From contig JAIUPA010000006.1 of NCBI GenBank assembly GCA_020161665.1, positions 129,583-193,582 of the forward strand: a DNA stretch of 64,000 nucleotides. Direction: 5' to 3'. Below are positions 39,664-47,971 of the stretch, one piece after another (the first letter of the stretch is position 1; every line of letters starts with the position of its first letter). The notes under the pieces are model-generated. The model worked only from the letters and a program-made list of their open reading frames with translations. It had not been told where the DNA came from and did no database searches. This DNA comes from Pseudomonadota bacterium. GTDB lineage: Bacteria > Pseudomonadota > Alphaproteobacteria > Rhizobiales > Rhizobiaceae. The position numbers and the translations under genes are program-made.

Positions 39664-40860
39664 ATGATGAGAGTGACGAGCCTGGCACCATTCAAGTGGG
39701 AAGACCCTTTTCTGCTGGACGAACAGCTGACCGAAGACGAGCGGATGATCCGCGATACGGCGGCAGCCTTTGCTGAAGCCGAACTCGCCCCGCGTGTTCA
39801 GGACGCCTACCTCAACGAGGAAACCGATGCCGGTCTCTTCCGTCTGATGGGCCAGACCGGCCTTCTCGGCGTCACGCTTCCGGAAAAATACGGTGCCGCC
39901 GGTGCCAGCTACGTGGCTTACGGCCTCGTGGCCCGCGAAGTGGAGCGCATCGATTCCGGTTATCGTTCGATGATGAGCGTCCAGTCTTCGCTGGTCATCT
40001 ACCCGATCTACGCCTACGGCTCGGAAGAACAGCGCGACAAGTACCTGCCCGGCCTCGTGTCCGGCGAACTGATCGGCTGCTTCGGCCTGACCGAGCCGGA
40101 TGCCGGTTCCGATCCGGCGGGCATGAAGACGCGCGCTGAAAAGATCGAAGGCGGCTATCGCCTGCGCGGTTCCAAGATGTGGATTTCCAACGCCCCGATC
40201 GCCGACGTGTTCGTTGTCTGGGCCAAGTCGGAAGCCCATGGCGGCGCCATCCGCGGCTTTATCCTCGAAAAGGGCATGAAGGGTCTTTCGGCTCCCAAGA
40301 TCGGCGGCAAGCTGTCGCTGCGCGCCTCGATCACCGGCGAAATCGTCATGGATGGCGTTGAAGTCGGCGAAGACGCGCTCCTGCCGAACGTTTCGGGCCT
40401 CAAGGGTCCGTTCGGCTGCCTCAACCGCGCCCGCTACGGCATTTCCTGGGGCGTTCTCGGTGCAGCAGAAGATTGCTGGTTCCGCGCGCGCCAGTACGGC
40501 CTCGACCGCAAGCAGTTCAACAAGCCGATTGCCGGTACGCAGCTCTATCAGAAGAAGCTCGCTGACATGCAGACGGAAATCACGCTTGGCCTGCAGGGTT
40601 CGCTGCGCGTTGGCCGCCTGATGGACGAAGGCAAGATGGCCCCGGAAATGATTTCGCTGATGAAGCGCAACAATTGCGGCAAGGCGCTCGATATTGCCCG
40701 TCAGGCCCGCGACATGCACGGCGGCAACGGCATCCAGATCGAATACCATGTCATGCGCCACTCGCAGAACCTGGAAACGGTCAACACCTATGAAGGCACG
40801 CATGATGTGCATGCCCTCATTCTGGGCCGCGCCCAGACCGACATTCAGGCCTTCTTCTGA
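39664..40860 (+). CDS. gcdH: Glutaryl-CoA dehydrogenase (acyl-CoA dehydrogenase family)
   Basis: ORF 39664..40860 starts ...[28 protein letters not shown] and continues with an ACAD fold to the C-terminus ...[23 protein letters not shown]. The GGAGG SD directly abuts the ATG at 39664, so the GTG at 39673 (9-nt spacing) may be the real start. Confidence 0.88.
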   Translation: MMRVTSLAPFKWEDPFLLDEQLTEDERMIRDTAAAFAEAELAPRVQDAYLNEETDAGLFRLMGQTGLLGVTLPEKYGAAGASYVAYGLVAREVERIDSGYRSMMSVQSSLVIYPIYAYGSEEQRDKYLPGLVSGELIGCFGLTEPDAGSDPAGMKTRAEKIEGGYRLRGSKMWISNAPIADVFVVWAKSEAHGGAIRGFILEKGMKGLSAPKIGGKLSLRASITGEIVMDGVEVGEDALLPNVSGLKGPFGCLNRARYGISWGVLGAAEDCWFRARQYGLDRKQFNKPIAGTQLYQKKLADMQTEITLGLQGSLRVGRLMDEGKMAPEMISLMKRNNCGKALDIARQARDMHGGNGIQIEYHVMRHSQNLETVNTYEGTHDVHALILGRAQTDIQAFF

Positions 40861-40870
40861 TCAAAACAGA

Positions 40871-40896
40871 AGGGCGGAGCGGAAACGCTCCGCCCT
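40871..40896 (+). terminator. Stem-loop after gcdH
   Basis: The sequence is aGGGCGGAGCGgaaaCGCTCCGCCCt, followed by a T-rich ttgtcttgt. Confidence 0.6.
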
Positions 40897-41055
40897 TGTC
40901 TTGTCCGCTTGCAAGCCTATATGAGGCTTGCAATATATCGCCAACGCCCGAAGCTGGTCGCCAGTTCCCAAGGGCCTCCAACCATCACAGAGATAAAAAG
41001 CCCGCGCTTCGGCCCGCCCCGAACGTCGGGCATAAGACATTAAAGGGGTTCTCTC

Positions 41056-42492
41056 ATGTCCACGTATCCTGACGTTCAGCTTTACATCGACGGCACCTGG
41101 CAGAATGCCGTCAACGGTCGCACCATCCCGGTCATCGACCCGGCGACCGAAGAGCAGATCGGCACCGTGGCCCATGCCGAAAAGGTCGATCTCGACCGCG
41201 CGCTCGATGCTGTCGCCAAGGGCTTCACCATCTGGAGCGCCACCTCCCCGTTTGAGCGCTCCAAGCTGATGCGCCGTGCCGCTGACCTGCTGCGCGAACG
41301 CCGCGACGAGATCGCCGTTTTGATGACGCTGGAACAGGGCAAGCCGCTCGACCAGTCCAAGGCCGAACTGGGTGCCGCCGCTGATGTGATCGACTGGTTT
41401 GCCGAAGAAGGTCGCCGCACCTACGGCCAGATCATTCCGGCCCGCTTCGAAGGCGTCACGCAGATGGCGATCAAGGGCCCGGTTGGCCCGGTGGCTGCGT
41501 TCACCCCGTGGAACTTCCCGGTGAACCAGATCGTGCGCAAGCTGTCGGCGGCGCTGTGCACCGGCTGCTCGATCATCGTCAAGGCTCCGGAAGAAACCCC
41601 GGCCTCGCCGGCGGCTCTCATCAAGGTCTTCGCCGATGCCGGTATTCCGGCGGGCGTCGTCAACCTCGTCTACGGCATTCCGGCGGAAATTTCCGAATAC
41701 CTCATTCCGCATCCGGTCATCCGCAAGATTTCCTTCACCGGCTCCACGCCGATTGGCAAGCAGCTGGCCGCACTCGCTGGCCTGCACATGAAGCGCGCCA
41801 CGATGGAACTCGGCGGCCATGCCCCGGTTATGATCTTTGATGACGCCGATGTCGAAAAGGCCATTGCCGTCATGGGCGCGACCAAGCTGCGCAATGCCGG
41901 TCAGGTCTGCGTCTCCCCCACCCGCTTCCTCGTGCAGGAAGGTGTCGCCGACCGCTTTACCGAAGGCTTCACGAAGATCATGGCAAGCGCCAAGGTCGGT
42001 CATGGCCTTGATCCGGCAACGGTCATGGGGCCGCTCGCCAACGAACGCCGCATTCCGGCCATCGAAGCCCTCGTCAACGATGCCGTCGCCCATGGCGCGG
42101 AATTGAAGACGGGCGGTCGCCGCATCGGCAACAAGGGTTACTTCTTCGAGCCGACCGTTCTGGCCAATGTACCGAAGACGGCGCGCATCATGAATGAAGA
42201 GCCGTTTGGCCCGGTTGCCATCGTCAACCGCTTCGCAACGGTGGAAGATGCCATTGAAGAAGCAAACCGCCTGCCCTTCGGTCTGGCGTCCTATGCCTTC
42301 ACCCGCAACACGGCAACGGCCCATGCGCTCAGCCAGCGCGTCGAGGCCGGCATGCTGACGATCAACCACAACGGCCTCGCCCTGCCGGAAGTGCCGTTTG
42401 GCGGCATCAAAGATTCGGGCTACGGCACGGAAGGCGGCTCGGAAGCCGTGGATGCCTATCTCGAAACCCGCTTCGTCACCATGGCGAGCTGA
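41056..42492 (+). CDS. NAD(P)-dependent aldehyde dehydrogenase (succinate-/glutarate-semialdehyde dehydrogenase class)
   Basis: ORF 41056..42492 (AAAGGGG SD). It has the catalytic Glu context MELGGHAP and Cys context GQVCVSPTR. Substrate specificity cannot be read from the sequence alone. Confidence 0.85.
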   Translation: MSTYPDVQLYIDGTWQNAVNGRTIPVIDPATEEQIGTVAHAEKVDLDRALDAVAKGFTIWSATSPFERSKLMRRAADLLRERRDEIAVLMTLEQGKPLDQSKAELGAAADVIDWFAEEGRRTYGQIIPARFEGVTQMAIKGPVGPVAAFTPWNFPVNQIVRKLSAALCTGCSIIVKAPEETPASPAALIKVFADAGIPAGVVNLVYGIPAEISEYLIPHPVIRKISFTGSTPIGKQLAALAGLHMKRATMELGGHAPVMIFDDADVEKAIAVMGATKLRNAGQVCVSPTRFLVQEGVADRFTEGFTKIMASAKVGHGLDPATVMGPLANERRIPAIEALVNDAVAHGAELKTGGRRIGNKGYFFEPTVLANVPKTARIMNEEPFGPVAIVNRFATVEDAIEEANRLPFGLASYAFTRNTATAHALSQRVEAGMLTINHNGLALPEVPFGGIKDSGYGTEGGSEAVDAYLETRFVTMAS

Positions 42493-42542
42493 GGACACTT
42501 CATCCGGGCTTTTCGATCTTGCGGAAAGCCCGGCTCCAACGA

Positions 42543-42569
42543 AAAAGGCCGCCCGAAAGGCGGCCTTTT
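42543..42569. terminator. Bidirectional terminator between the aldehyde dehydrogenase gene and infC
   Basis: The sequence is aaaaGGCCGCCcgaaaGGCGGCCtttt. A second stem-loop, CCGGGCTTT...AAAGCCCGG, lies at 42504..42532. Confidence 0.8.
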
Positions 42570-42592
42570 CTATGTCCGGCAGAAACCGGAAA

Positions 42593-43129
42593 TTACTTCG
42601 GTGCGAGCACCATCATCATCTGACGGCCTTCGAGCTTCGGCTCGGCTTCCACCTTGGCGATGGCAAGGCAATCTTCCTTGACCTGAATGAGAAGCTTCAT
42701 ACCGAGTTCCTGGTGGGCCATTTCACGGCCACGGAACTTCAGCGTCACCTTCACCTTGTCGCCTTCTTCGAAGAAGCGCTTCATGGCCTTCATCTTCACC
42801 TCATAGTCATGGGTGTCGATGTTGGGGCGCATCTTGATTTCCTTGATCTCGACGATCTTCTGCTTCTTGCGCGCTTCAGCAGCTTTTTTCTGCGTGGAGT
42901 ACTTCAGCTTGCCGAGGTCGAGGATCTTGCATACCGGCGGCTCGGTGTTGGGAGAGATCTCAACCAGATCGAGGCCAGCCTCTTCCGCCATCTTCAATGC
43001 CTGATCGGTGGCAACGACGCCCAGATTCTGTCCTTCGGCATCGATGAGCTGAACGCGGGGGATGCGGATTTCCCGGTTGGCGCGCGGTCCTTCTCTCGTG
43101 GGAGCGTCGGCTTTGAACGGTCTGCGAAT
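42593..43129 (-). CDS. infC: Translation initiation factor IF-3, with a non-canonical ATT start
   Basis: The ORF track shows only 42593..42997 (starting at a TTG). Reading upstream in frame gives [52 protein letters not shown]. That is the conserved IF-3 N-domain (INxxIR...VRLID). ATT at 43129..43127 is preceded by GGAGAA with 7-nt spacing. The total is 178 aa. Confidence 0.85.
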   Translation of the reverse strand: MRRPFKADAPTREGPRANREIRIPRVQLIDAEGQNLGVVATDQALKMAEEAGLDLVEISPNTEPPVCKILDLGKLKYSTQKKAAEARKKQKIVEIKEIKMRPNIDTHDYEVKMKAMKRFFEEGDKVKVTLKFRGREMAHQELGMKLLIQVKEDCLAIAKVEAEPKLEGRQMMMVLAPK

Positions 43130-43392
43130 GGTCGTATTCTCCTAAATAGATAACAGTGCCGCCTGGGGCTGCTCATCATTTGGGGCAGACTCTCGCGGGC
43201 TGACGGCAATGTCGTGATTGCGGCTGGCGAGTCAATAGCACATCGCCGCAAAAAAATCACCTGATCCCTTTGTTTGCGCGGCTTTTCGTCGTATCGCGGG
43301 TAGAAAGGCCTAAATGAGGCTGATTTGCCTGAAGAACATGATCGGTTCCCACGCCAAGAACCGGCCCGCGGGCATGGATAAAGGAAGACGAC

Positions 43393-44187
43393 ATGAGCGA
43401 CGCAAAGAGTGTTTCCGCCGGTTCCATCACGGTTGGTCAGGGGGCAGACACCCGTGAGATCGCTTATCTCCACCGCTCCGGCAAGAAGGCGGCGCCCGCG
43501 CTCGTCTGGCTCGGCGGCTACCGCTCCGACATGATCGGCACCAAGGCCGTCGCACTCGATGAACTGGCAGCCGAAACCGGCATGGAGGCCATCCGCTTCG
43601 ATTATTCCGGGCATGGGGTGTCGGGCGGTGAATTCCGCGATGGAACGATCTCGCGCTGGCTGGAAGAGTCGCTTGCCGTCATCGCCCATTTTGCCCCGAA
43701 GGAGGCTGTCCTTGTCGGCTCGTCCATGGGCGGCTGGATCACGCTGCGTATCGTTGAGGAAATCGCCCGCCGCAAGCTGCCGGTCACCTTGAAGGGCATT
43801 GCCCTCATCGCACCGGCACCCGACTTTACCTATGAGCTGATCGAACCGGCACTCAGCGAAGCCGAACGCAACGATCTCGCCACCAAGGGCTATTTCGAGG
43901 AGCATTCGGCCTATTCGCCCGAGCCGAACATCTTCACCCGCGCCCTGATGGAAGACGGGCGGGAAAACCGCGTGCTCAAGGGCATTCTGGACTGCGGCTG
44001 CCCGGTCCATATTCTGCAGGGCATGCGTGACGATGATGTTCCTTATACCCATGCGCTGAAGCTGATGGAGCACCTGCCCTCGGACGACGTGGTGCTGACC
44101 CTGATCCGCGATGGCGACCACCGCCTGTCCCGCCCGCAGGACATCGAACGGCTGCGCGCCGCCATCCTCGAAATGACCAAACCGTAA
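43393..44187 (+). CDS. Alpha/beta hydrolase (serine hydrolase)
   Basis: ORF 43393..44187 (AAGGAAG SD). It has the nucleophile elbow GSSMGG and C-terminal acid/His contexts MRDDDVP and DGDHRL. Confidence 0.8.
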   Translation: MSDAKSVSAGSITVGQGADTREIAYLHRSGKKAAPALVWLGGYRSDMIGTKAVALDELAAETGMEAIRFDYSGHGVSGGEFRDGTISRWLEESLAVIAHFAPKEAVLVGSSMGGWITLRIVEEIARRKLPVTLKGIALIAPAPDFTYELIEPALSEAERNDLATKGYFEEHSAYSPEPNIFTRALMEDGRENRVLKGILDCGCPVHILQGMRDDDVPYTHALKLMEHLPSDDVVLTLIRDGDHRLSRPQDIERLRAAILEMTKP

Positions 44188-44301
44188 AGGCCCGCGCGTT
44201 AACCATAAAAGCGTTCATACTCTGTTAAGGTTTGAGCGGCGATTGACTCTCCGACCCTTTGGTTCTTTAACTCTTCGTTAAGAATTGAAGGGACGCAGTT
44301 C

Positions 44302-44907
44302 ATGTTGAGTACCGTCAGAGGCCTTATGGCAGCCGTTATCGCGCTTGCCGCCACCACCGCCGCCGCGAGCGAACTGCGCTCCGACGCGTCGATGATTACG
44401 GGCTCCGTGACGTCCCAGCCGATCGGCCATTATGAATTCTGCCAGCGCCATGCCGATGACTGCGCCGTGCGCAGCAAGGCTGCTCCGGCTCCCAAGCTTA
44501 CCCCCCATGGCTGGGATGTGGTGCGCGAGATCAACAGCCGCGTAAACCTCTCCATCGTCGCGATGACCGATCAGGAAATCTACGGCAAGGAAGAAGTCTG
44601 GGAATACCCGAAGGACGCCGGTGACTGCGAAGACTTCGTTCTGGAAAAGCGCAAGCTTCTCATGGAAAAGGGCTTCTCCGCCGCTGATCTTCTGATCACC
44701 GTTGTGCGCAAGCCCGATGGCGAAGGCCATGCCGTGCTCACCATGCGCACCTCTGAAGGCGACTACGTGCTCGACAATCTCTCCGCCGACGTGAAGCTGT
44801 GGACGGATACGCCCTACACCTTCCTGAAGCGTCAGGCGAGCTTCAGCGCCGGTCGCTGGGTGACCATTGAAAACGGCAATGTGGTCGTCGTCGGCGCCCT
44901 GCGCTGA
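44302..44907 (+). CDS. Secreted bacterial transglutaminase-like cysteine peptidase (BTLCP, peptidase C93)
   Basis: ORF 44302..44907. It has a signal peptide (...ATTAAAS-EL). The Cys-His-Asp triad contexts are AGDCEDFVLEKR, GEGHAVLT and YVLDNL. Confidence 0.8.
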   Translation: MLSTVRGLMAAVIALAATTAAASELRSDASMITGSVTSQPIGHYEFCQRHADDCAVRSKAAPAPKLTPHGWDVVREINSRVNLSIVAMTDQEIYGKEEVWEYPKDAGDCEDFVLEKRKLLMEKGFSAADLLITVVRKPDGEGHAVLTMRTSEGDYVLDNLSADVKLWTDTPYTFLKRQASFSAGRWVTIENGNVVVVGALR

Positions 44908-44931
44908 TCACCCGAAAGCCTGATGATTGCG

Positions 44932-44961
44932 AAGGGGAGCGGAAACGCTCCCCTTTTTTTT
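44932..44961 (+). terminator. Rho-independent terminator after the BTLCP gene
   Basis: The sequence is aaGGGGAGCGgaaaCGCTCCCCtttttttt. Confidence 0.85.
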
Positions 44962-44993
44962 GTTCGTGCCTAGGAAGCAAAACAGGGACCAAC

Positions 44994-45020
44994 AAAAAAG
45001 GGAGCCTTGCGGCTCCCTTT
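44994..45020 (-). terminator. Rho-independent terminator after mbfA
   Basis: The minus strand reads aaaGGGAGCCgcaaGGCTCCCtttttt. Confidence 0.85.
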
Positions 45021-45043
45021 CCGTTGCAGTGATGCAAACCGCA

Positions 45044-46027
45044 TCATCCCTGACCGATGAGGATACCGGCCGCCAGAACCAGCGAGCCACCCAGAACCAC
45101 CTGCATGACAGCGCGCATGAACGGCGTCTCCATGAACTTGTTCTGGATGAAGGCAATGGCCCAAAGCTCGATGAACACGATGATGATGGCAAGCGTCGTG
45201 GCCAGCATGAAGTTCGGGATGAGGTAGGGCAGCGCATGGCCCAGACCACCGACGGCGGTCATGATACCCGAGGCAAAGCCGCGCTTGATCGGCGAACCGC
45301 GACCCGAGAGCTTGCCGTCGTCATGAGCCGCTTCGGTAAAGCCCATGGAGATACCCGCACCAACCGCCGCCGAAAGGCCGACGAGGAAGGTCTGCCAGGT
45401 ATCGCCGGTGGCAAAGGCCGCCGCGAAGATCGGTGCCAGCGTCGAAACCGAACCATCCATCAGACCGGCAAGGCCCGGCTGAACCCAGGTGAGAATGAAC
45501 TGGCGGCGGGCCTGATGCGTCTCTTCATCCTTCACCTCTTCCGGGGTGTGATGTTCCGAAAGCATGCGCGCCGTGTCCTCATGGCCCTCTTCGGCCATGG
45601 CAAGTTCGCCGAGCAGATCACGCGTGCGGGCATCCGTCACGCGCTTGGCGGCCTCGTGATAGAAGCGCGCCGCCGTCTGTTCCATCCGCTCGGTCTCGTC
45701 ACGAATGGTCTCGAACGGCAGGTTCTTCTGCAGCCAGTCCGGCTTGCGCTCGTAAAAGCCGCGCACATGCTCGCGCTTGATCGGCGTGATGATCTCGCCG
45801 AAACGCTCGCGATAGATCGCAATCAGGTTGCGGCGATGGGTGTTCTCCACCTCCGCCATGTCGCGAAATACCTTCGCGCTGGCCGGATAGTCCGGCTCGA
45901 GGCGCTGGGCATAGGTCTGGTAGATGCGGCTGTCTTCCTCTTCCGAGGAAATGGCAAGCGCGAGGATCTCCTGCTCGCTCAAGGAATCGAACGAACGCTT
46001 GGAGAAGTTGAAAAGGCTGGAAAACAT
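45044..46027 (-). CDS. mbfA: Membrane-bound ferritin MbfA (erythrin/ferritin-like domain fused to a VIT1/CCC1 iron exporter domain)
   Basis: ORF 45044..46027. The N-terminal di-iron domain has ExxH motifs (EVENTHRRN, AEEGHEDT). The C-terminal VIT1-like TM domain reads GLMDGSVSTLAPIFAAAF...GISMGFTEA. Confidence 0.88.
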   Translation of the reverse strand: MFSSLFNFSKRSFDSLSEQEILALAISSEEEDSRIYQTYAQRLEPDYPASAKVFRDMAEVENTHRRNLIAIYRERFGEIITPIKREHVRGFYERKPDWLQKNLPFETIRDETERMEQTAARFYHEAAKRVTDARTRDLLGELAMAEEGHEDTARMLSEHHTPEEVKDEETHQARRQFILTWVQPGLAGLMDGSVSTLAPIFAAAFATGDTWQTFLVGLSAAVGAGISMGFTEAAHDDGKLSGRGSPIKRGFASGIMTAVGGLGHALPYLIPNFMLATTLAIIIVFIELWAIAFIQNKFMETPFMRAVMQVVLGGSLVLAAGILIGQG

Positions 46028-46044
46028 GACTGATGCCGTCTAAT

Positions 46045-46061
46045 ATTAGAATTGTTCTAAA
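46045..46061. promoter_or_regulatory. Iron control element (ICE, Irr-binding box) in the mbfA / truncated-hemoglobin intergenic region
   Basis: ATTAGAA-TTG-TTCTAAA compared with the consensus TTTAGAA-N3-TTCTAAA matches at 13 of 14 specified positions. It lies 18-34 nt upstream of the mbfA ATG. Confidence 0.7.
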
Positions 46062-46180
46062 TTATAGAAGCCACGCGGGACGGGGTCAAGACGTGGAAAG
46101 GCAATATCGCCAAGGGCGCGCATATGCCGCATTTGACGTTGCGCTCCTTTGGCGCGATGAAGACGGCAAAGGAGAATGCC

Positions 46181-46636
46181 ATGGACGAAGATCTTCGCGC
46201 CCACACCGCACACCGCGCCGCCATGCAGGAAAAGGCGGCTGCCGACATGGCGGCGATTGGCATTGATGCCGATTTTCTGGCGCTGATGGTGGAAACCTTC
46301 TACGGGCGCATTCAGGCTGATCCGATCCTGGGGCCGGTGTTCGAGGCGCGCCTTGCCGGGCGCTGGCCGGAGCATCTGGAACGCATGAAAATGTTCTGGC
46401 AGTCGGTGGCGCTCAGAAACGGCGTCTATTCCGGTCGTCCGGTGCCAGCGCATCTGAAGGTCGGCGGTCTGAACGAACCGCTCTTTACCAACTGGCTGGC
46501 GCTGTTCGGCCAGACGCTGGATGACATTTGCCCGACGCCCGAGGCGCGCAATTTCCTGATGGCGACCGCCGAGCGCATCGCCCAGAGCCTCATTCTTTCG
46601 ATTTTCCACAATCCGGCGGTCCGCCCGCCGGTTTGA
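46181..46636 (+). CDS. Group III truncated hemoglobin-like protein
   Basis: ORF 46124..46636 trimmed to ATG 46181, which has an AAGGAGA SD 5 nt upstream. The core reads FLALMVETFYGRIQADPILGPVFEARL..WPEHLERMKMFWQSVAL..GVYSGRP, typical of this family. Confidence 0.7.
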   Translation: MDEDLRAHTAHRAAMQEKAAADMAAIGIDADFLALMVETFYGRIQADPILGPVFEARLAGRWPEHLERMKMFWQSVALRNGVYSGRPVPAHLKVGGLNEPLFTNWLALFGQTLDDICPTPEARNFLMATAERIAQSLILSIFHNPAVRPPV

Positions 46637-46704
46637 GGCAACTTGGACAACGCCCCTCCCATGGGCTAAAAATCCGCATTTGTGATGCGCGATAAGGAAT
46701 GATC

Positions 46705-47757
46705 ATGCACGGCGAATACAAGGTTCACGGCGGCAAGCTGGTGGTAGTCGATCTGGAAATTTCGGGCGACGGGCTGTTGAGCCAGGTTCAGGTGGCAGGC
46801 GATTTCTTTCTCGAACCCGCCGAAGCGCTTGAGGATATCCGCGACGCGCTGGAAGGCCTGCCCGCAACGACGTCGGCGGAGGATCTGGCCGCGGCGGTGC
46901 GAGCTGGCCTGCGCCCCGATGCGGAAATGATCGGCTTCAGCCCGGAAGCGGTGGCGATTGCCGTACGCCGGGCGCTGGGACTGGCGGGAACTTGGCGCGA
47001 TTACGAATGGCAGATCATCGAGGCCCCGGCCATGCCGCCCGCCATGCATGTGGCAGTGGATGATATTCTGGCGCAGGAAGTGGCCGCCGGTCGCCGCGCC
47101 CCCACGCTGCGTTTCTGGGAATGGGATCGCTCGGCCATCATCATCGGCGGTTTTCAGTCCCTGCGTAACGAAGTGGACCTTGAGGCCGCGCAAAGCCTTG
47201 GCGTCACCACGGTGCGCCGCATGACGGGTGGCGGGGCCATGTTTGTCGAGCCGGGCTCCACCATCACCTATTCGCTCTACGCCCCCGCAGCCCTTGTAGC
47301 GGGCATGAGCTTTGCGGAATCCTATGCCTTCCTTGATGATTGGGTTCTCAAAGCGCTGAACTCGCTCGGCATCGATGCGGTCTACAAACCACTCAACGAT
47401 ATCGCCTCTTCGAAGGGCAAGATCGGCGGCGCGGCCCAGAAGCGCTTTTCCGGCGGCGCGGTGCTGCACCACGTCACCATGGCCTATGACATGGATGCGC
47501 AAAGGATGATGCAGGTGCTGCGCATTGGCCGCGAAAAGCTCTCGGACAAGGGGACGGCGAGCGCTGCCAAGCGCGTCGATCCGGTGCGCAGTCAGACCGG
47601 CCTGCCGCGCGAAGAGGTGGTGAAGCGGATGCGCGAAACCTTTGTTTCGCTGAACGGCGGTATTGCAGGACACATCACGCCAGACGAATACGCCGCCGCC
47701 GAGAAACTGGCGGCAGAGAAATACGAAACGGAAGAATGGCTGCGCCACATTCCCTGA
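46705..47757 (+). CDS. lplA: Lipoate--protein ligase family protein with the accessory (LplA C-terminal type) domain placed N-terminally
   Basis: ORF 46699..47757. The ATG at 46705 has better SD spacing (AAGGA plus 6 nt). The N-terminus GEYKVHGGKLVVVDLEISGDGLLSQVQVAGDFFLEP resembles the accessory domain. A catalytic BPL/LplA domain follows (RRMTGGGAMFVEPG..., KGKIGGAAQKR). Confidence 0.8.
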   Translation: MHGEYKVHGGKLVVVDLEISGDGLLSQVQVAGDFFLEPAEALEDIRDALEGLPATTSAEDLAAAVRAGLRPDAEMIGFSPEAVAIAVRRALGLAGTWRDYEWQIIEAPAMPPAMHVAVDDILAQEVAAGRRAPTLRFWEWDRSAIIIGGFQSLRNEVDLEAAQSLGVTTVRRMTGGGAMFVEPGSTITYSLYAPAALVAGMSFAESYAFLDDWVLKALNSLGIDAVYKPLNDIASSKGKIGGAAQKRFSGGAVLHHVTMAYDMDAQRMMQVLRIGREKLSDKGTASAAKRVDPVRSQTGLPREEVVKRMRETFVSLNGGIAGHITPDEYAAAEKLAAEKYETEEWLRHIP

Positions 47758-47820
47758 GGCTGAAACGGCCCTTTTGGGGCGGCCTTTTGATTGATGGCGA
47801 GCCACGCCCCGCACGCTTCC

Positions 47821-47895
47821 GTCATCCTCGGGCTCGACCCGAGGATCCAGGAAATTCAAGGATTTCTGGATGGTCGGGTCAGGCCCGACCATGAC
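47821..47895. repeat. Nested palindromic intergenic element, a second REP-like family
   Basis: The outer arms are GTCAT (47821..47825) and ATGAC (47891..47895). Hairpin ATCCTCGGGctcgaCCCGAGGAT is at 47824..47846. Hairpin GGTCGGGtcaggCCCGACC is at 47872..47890. Confidence 0.65.
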
Positions 47896-47940
47896 GAAGA
47901 GAGAGGTCTTCGAACCCCATCCGTCGTATTGAAAAGGCCG

Positions 47941-47970
47941 CCCTCAAGAGGCGGCCTTTCCGTTTCAAAC
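47941..47970 (-). terminator. Rho-independent terminator after xfp
   Basis: The minus strand reads gaaAGGCCGCCtcttgagGGCGGCCTtttc. Confidence 0.75.
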
Positions 47971-47971
47971 C

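Noticed and set aside
42994-44121. 375-aa minus-strand ORF spanning the infC N-terminus and the alpha/beta hydrolase gene.
   Set aside because: It is out of frame with infC and antisense to a hydrolase that has a clear GxSxG motif. Its composition is typical of spurious GC-rich ORFs.
44267-44282. TTAA-N7-TTAAG (CtrA-box-like) sequence 20 nt upstream of the BTLCP start codon.
   Set aside because: It is a single low-information match in an AT-richer spacer and sits too close to the start codon for a typical CtrA-activated promoter. There is no supporting evidence.
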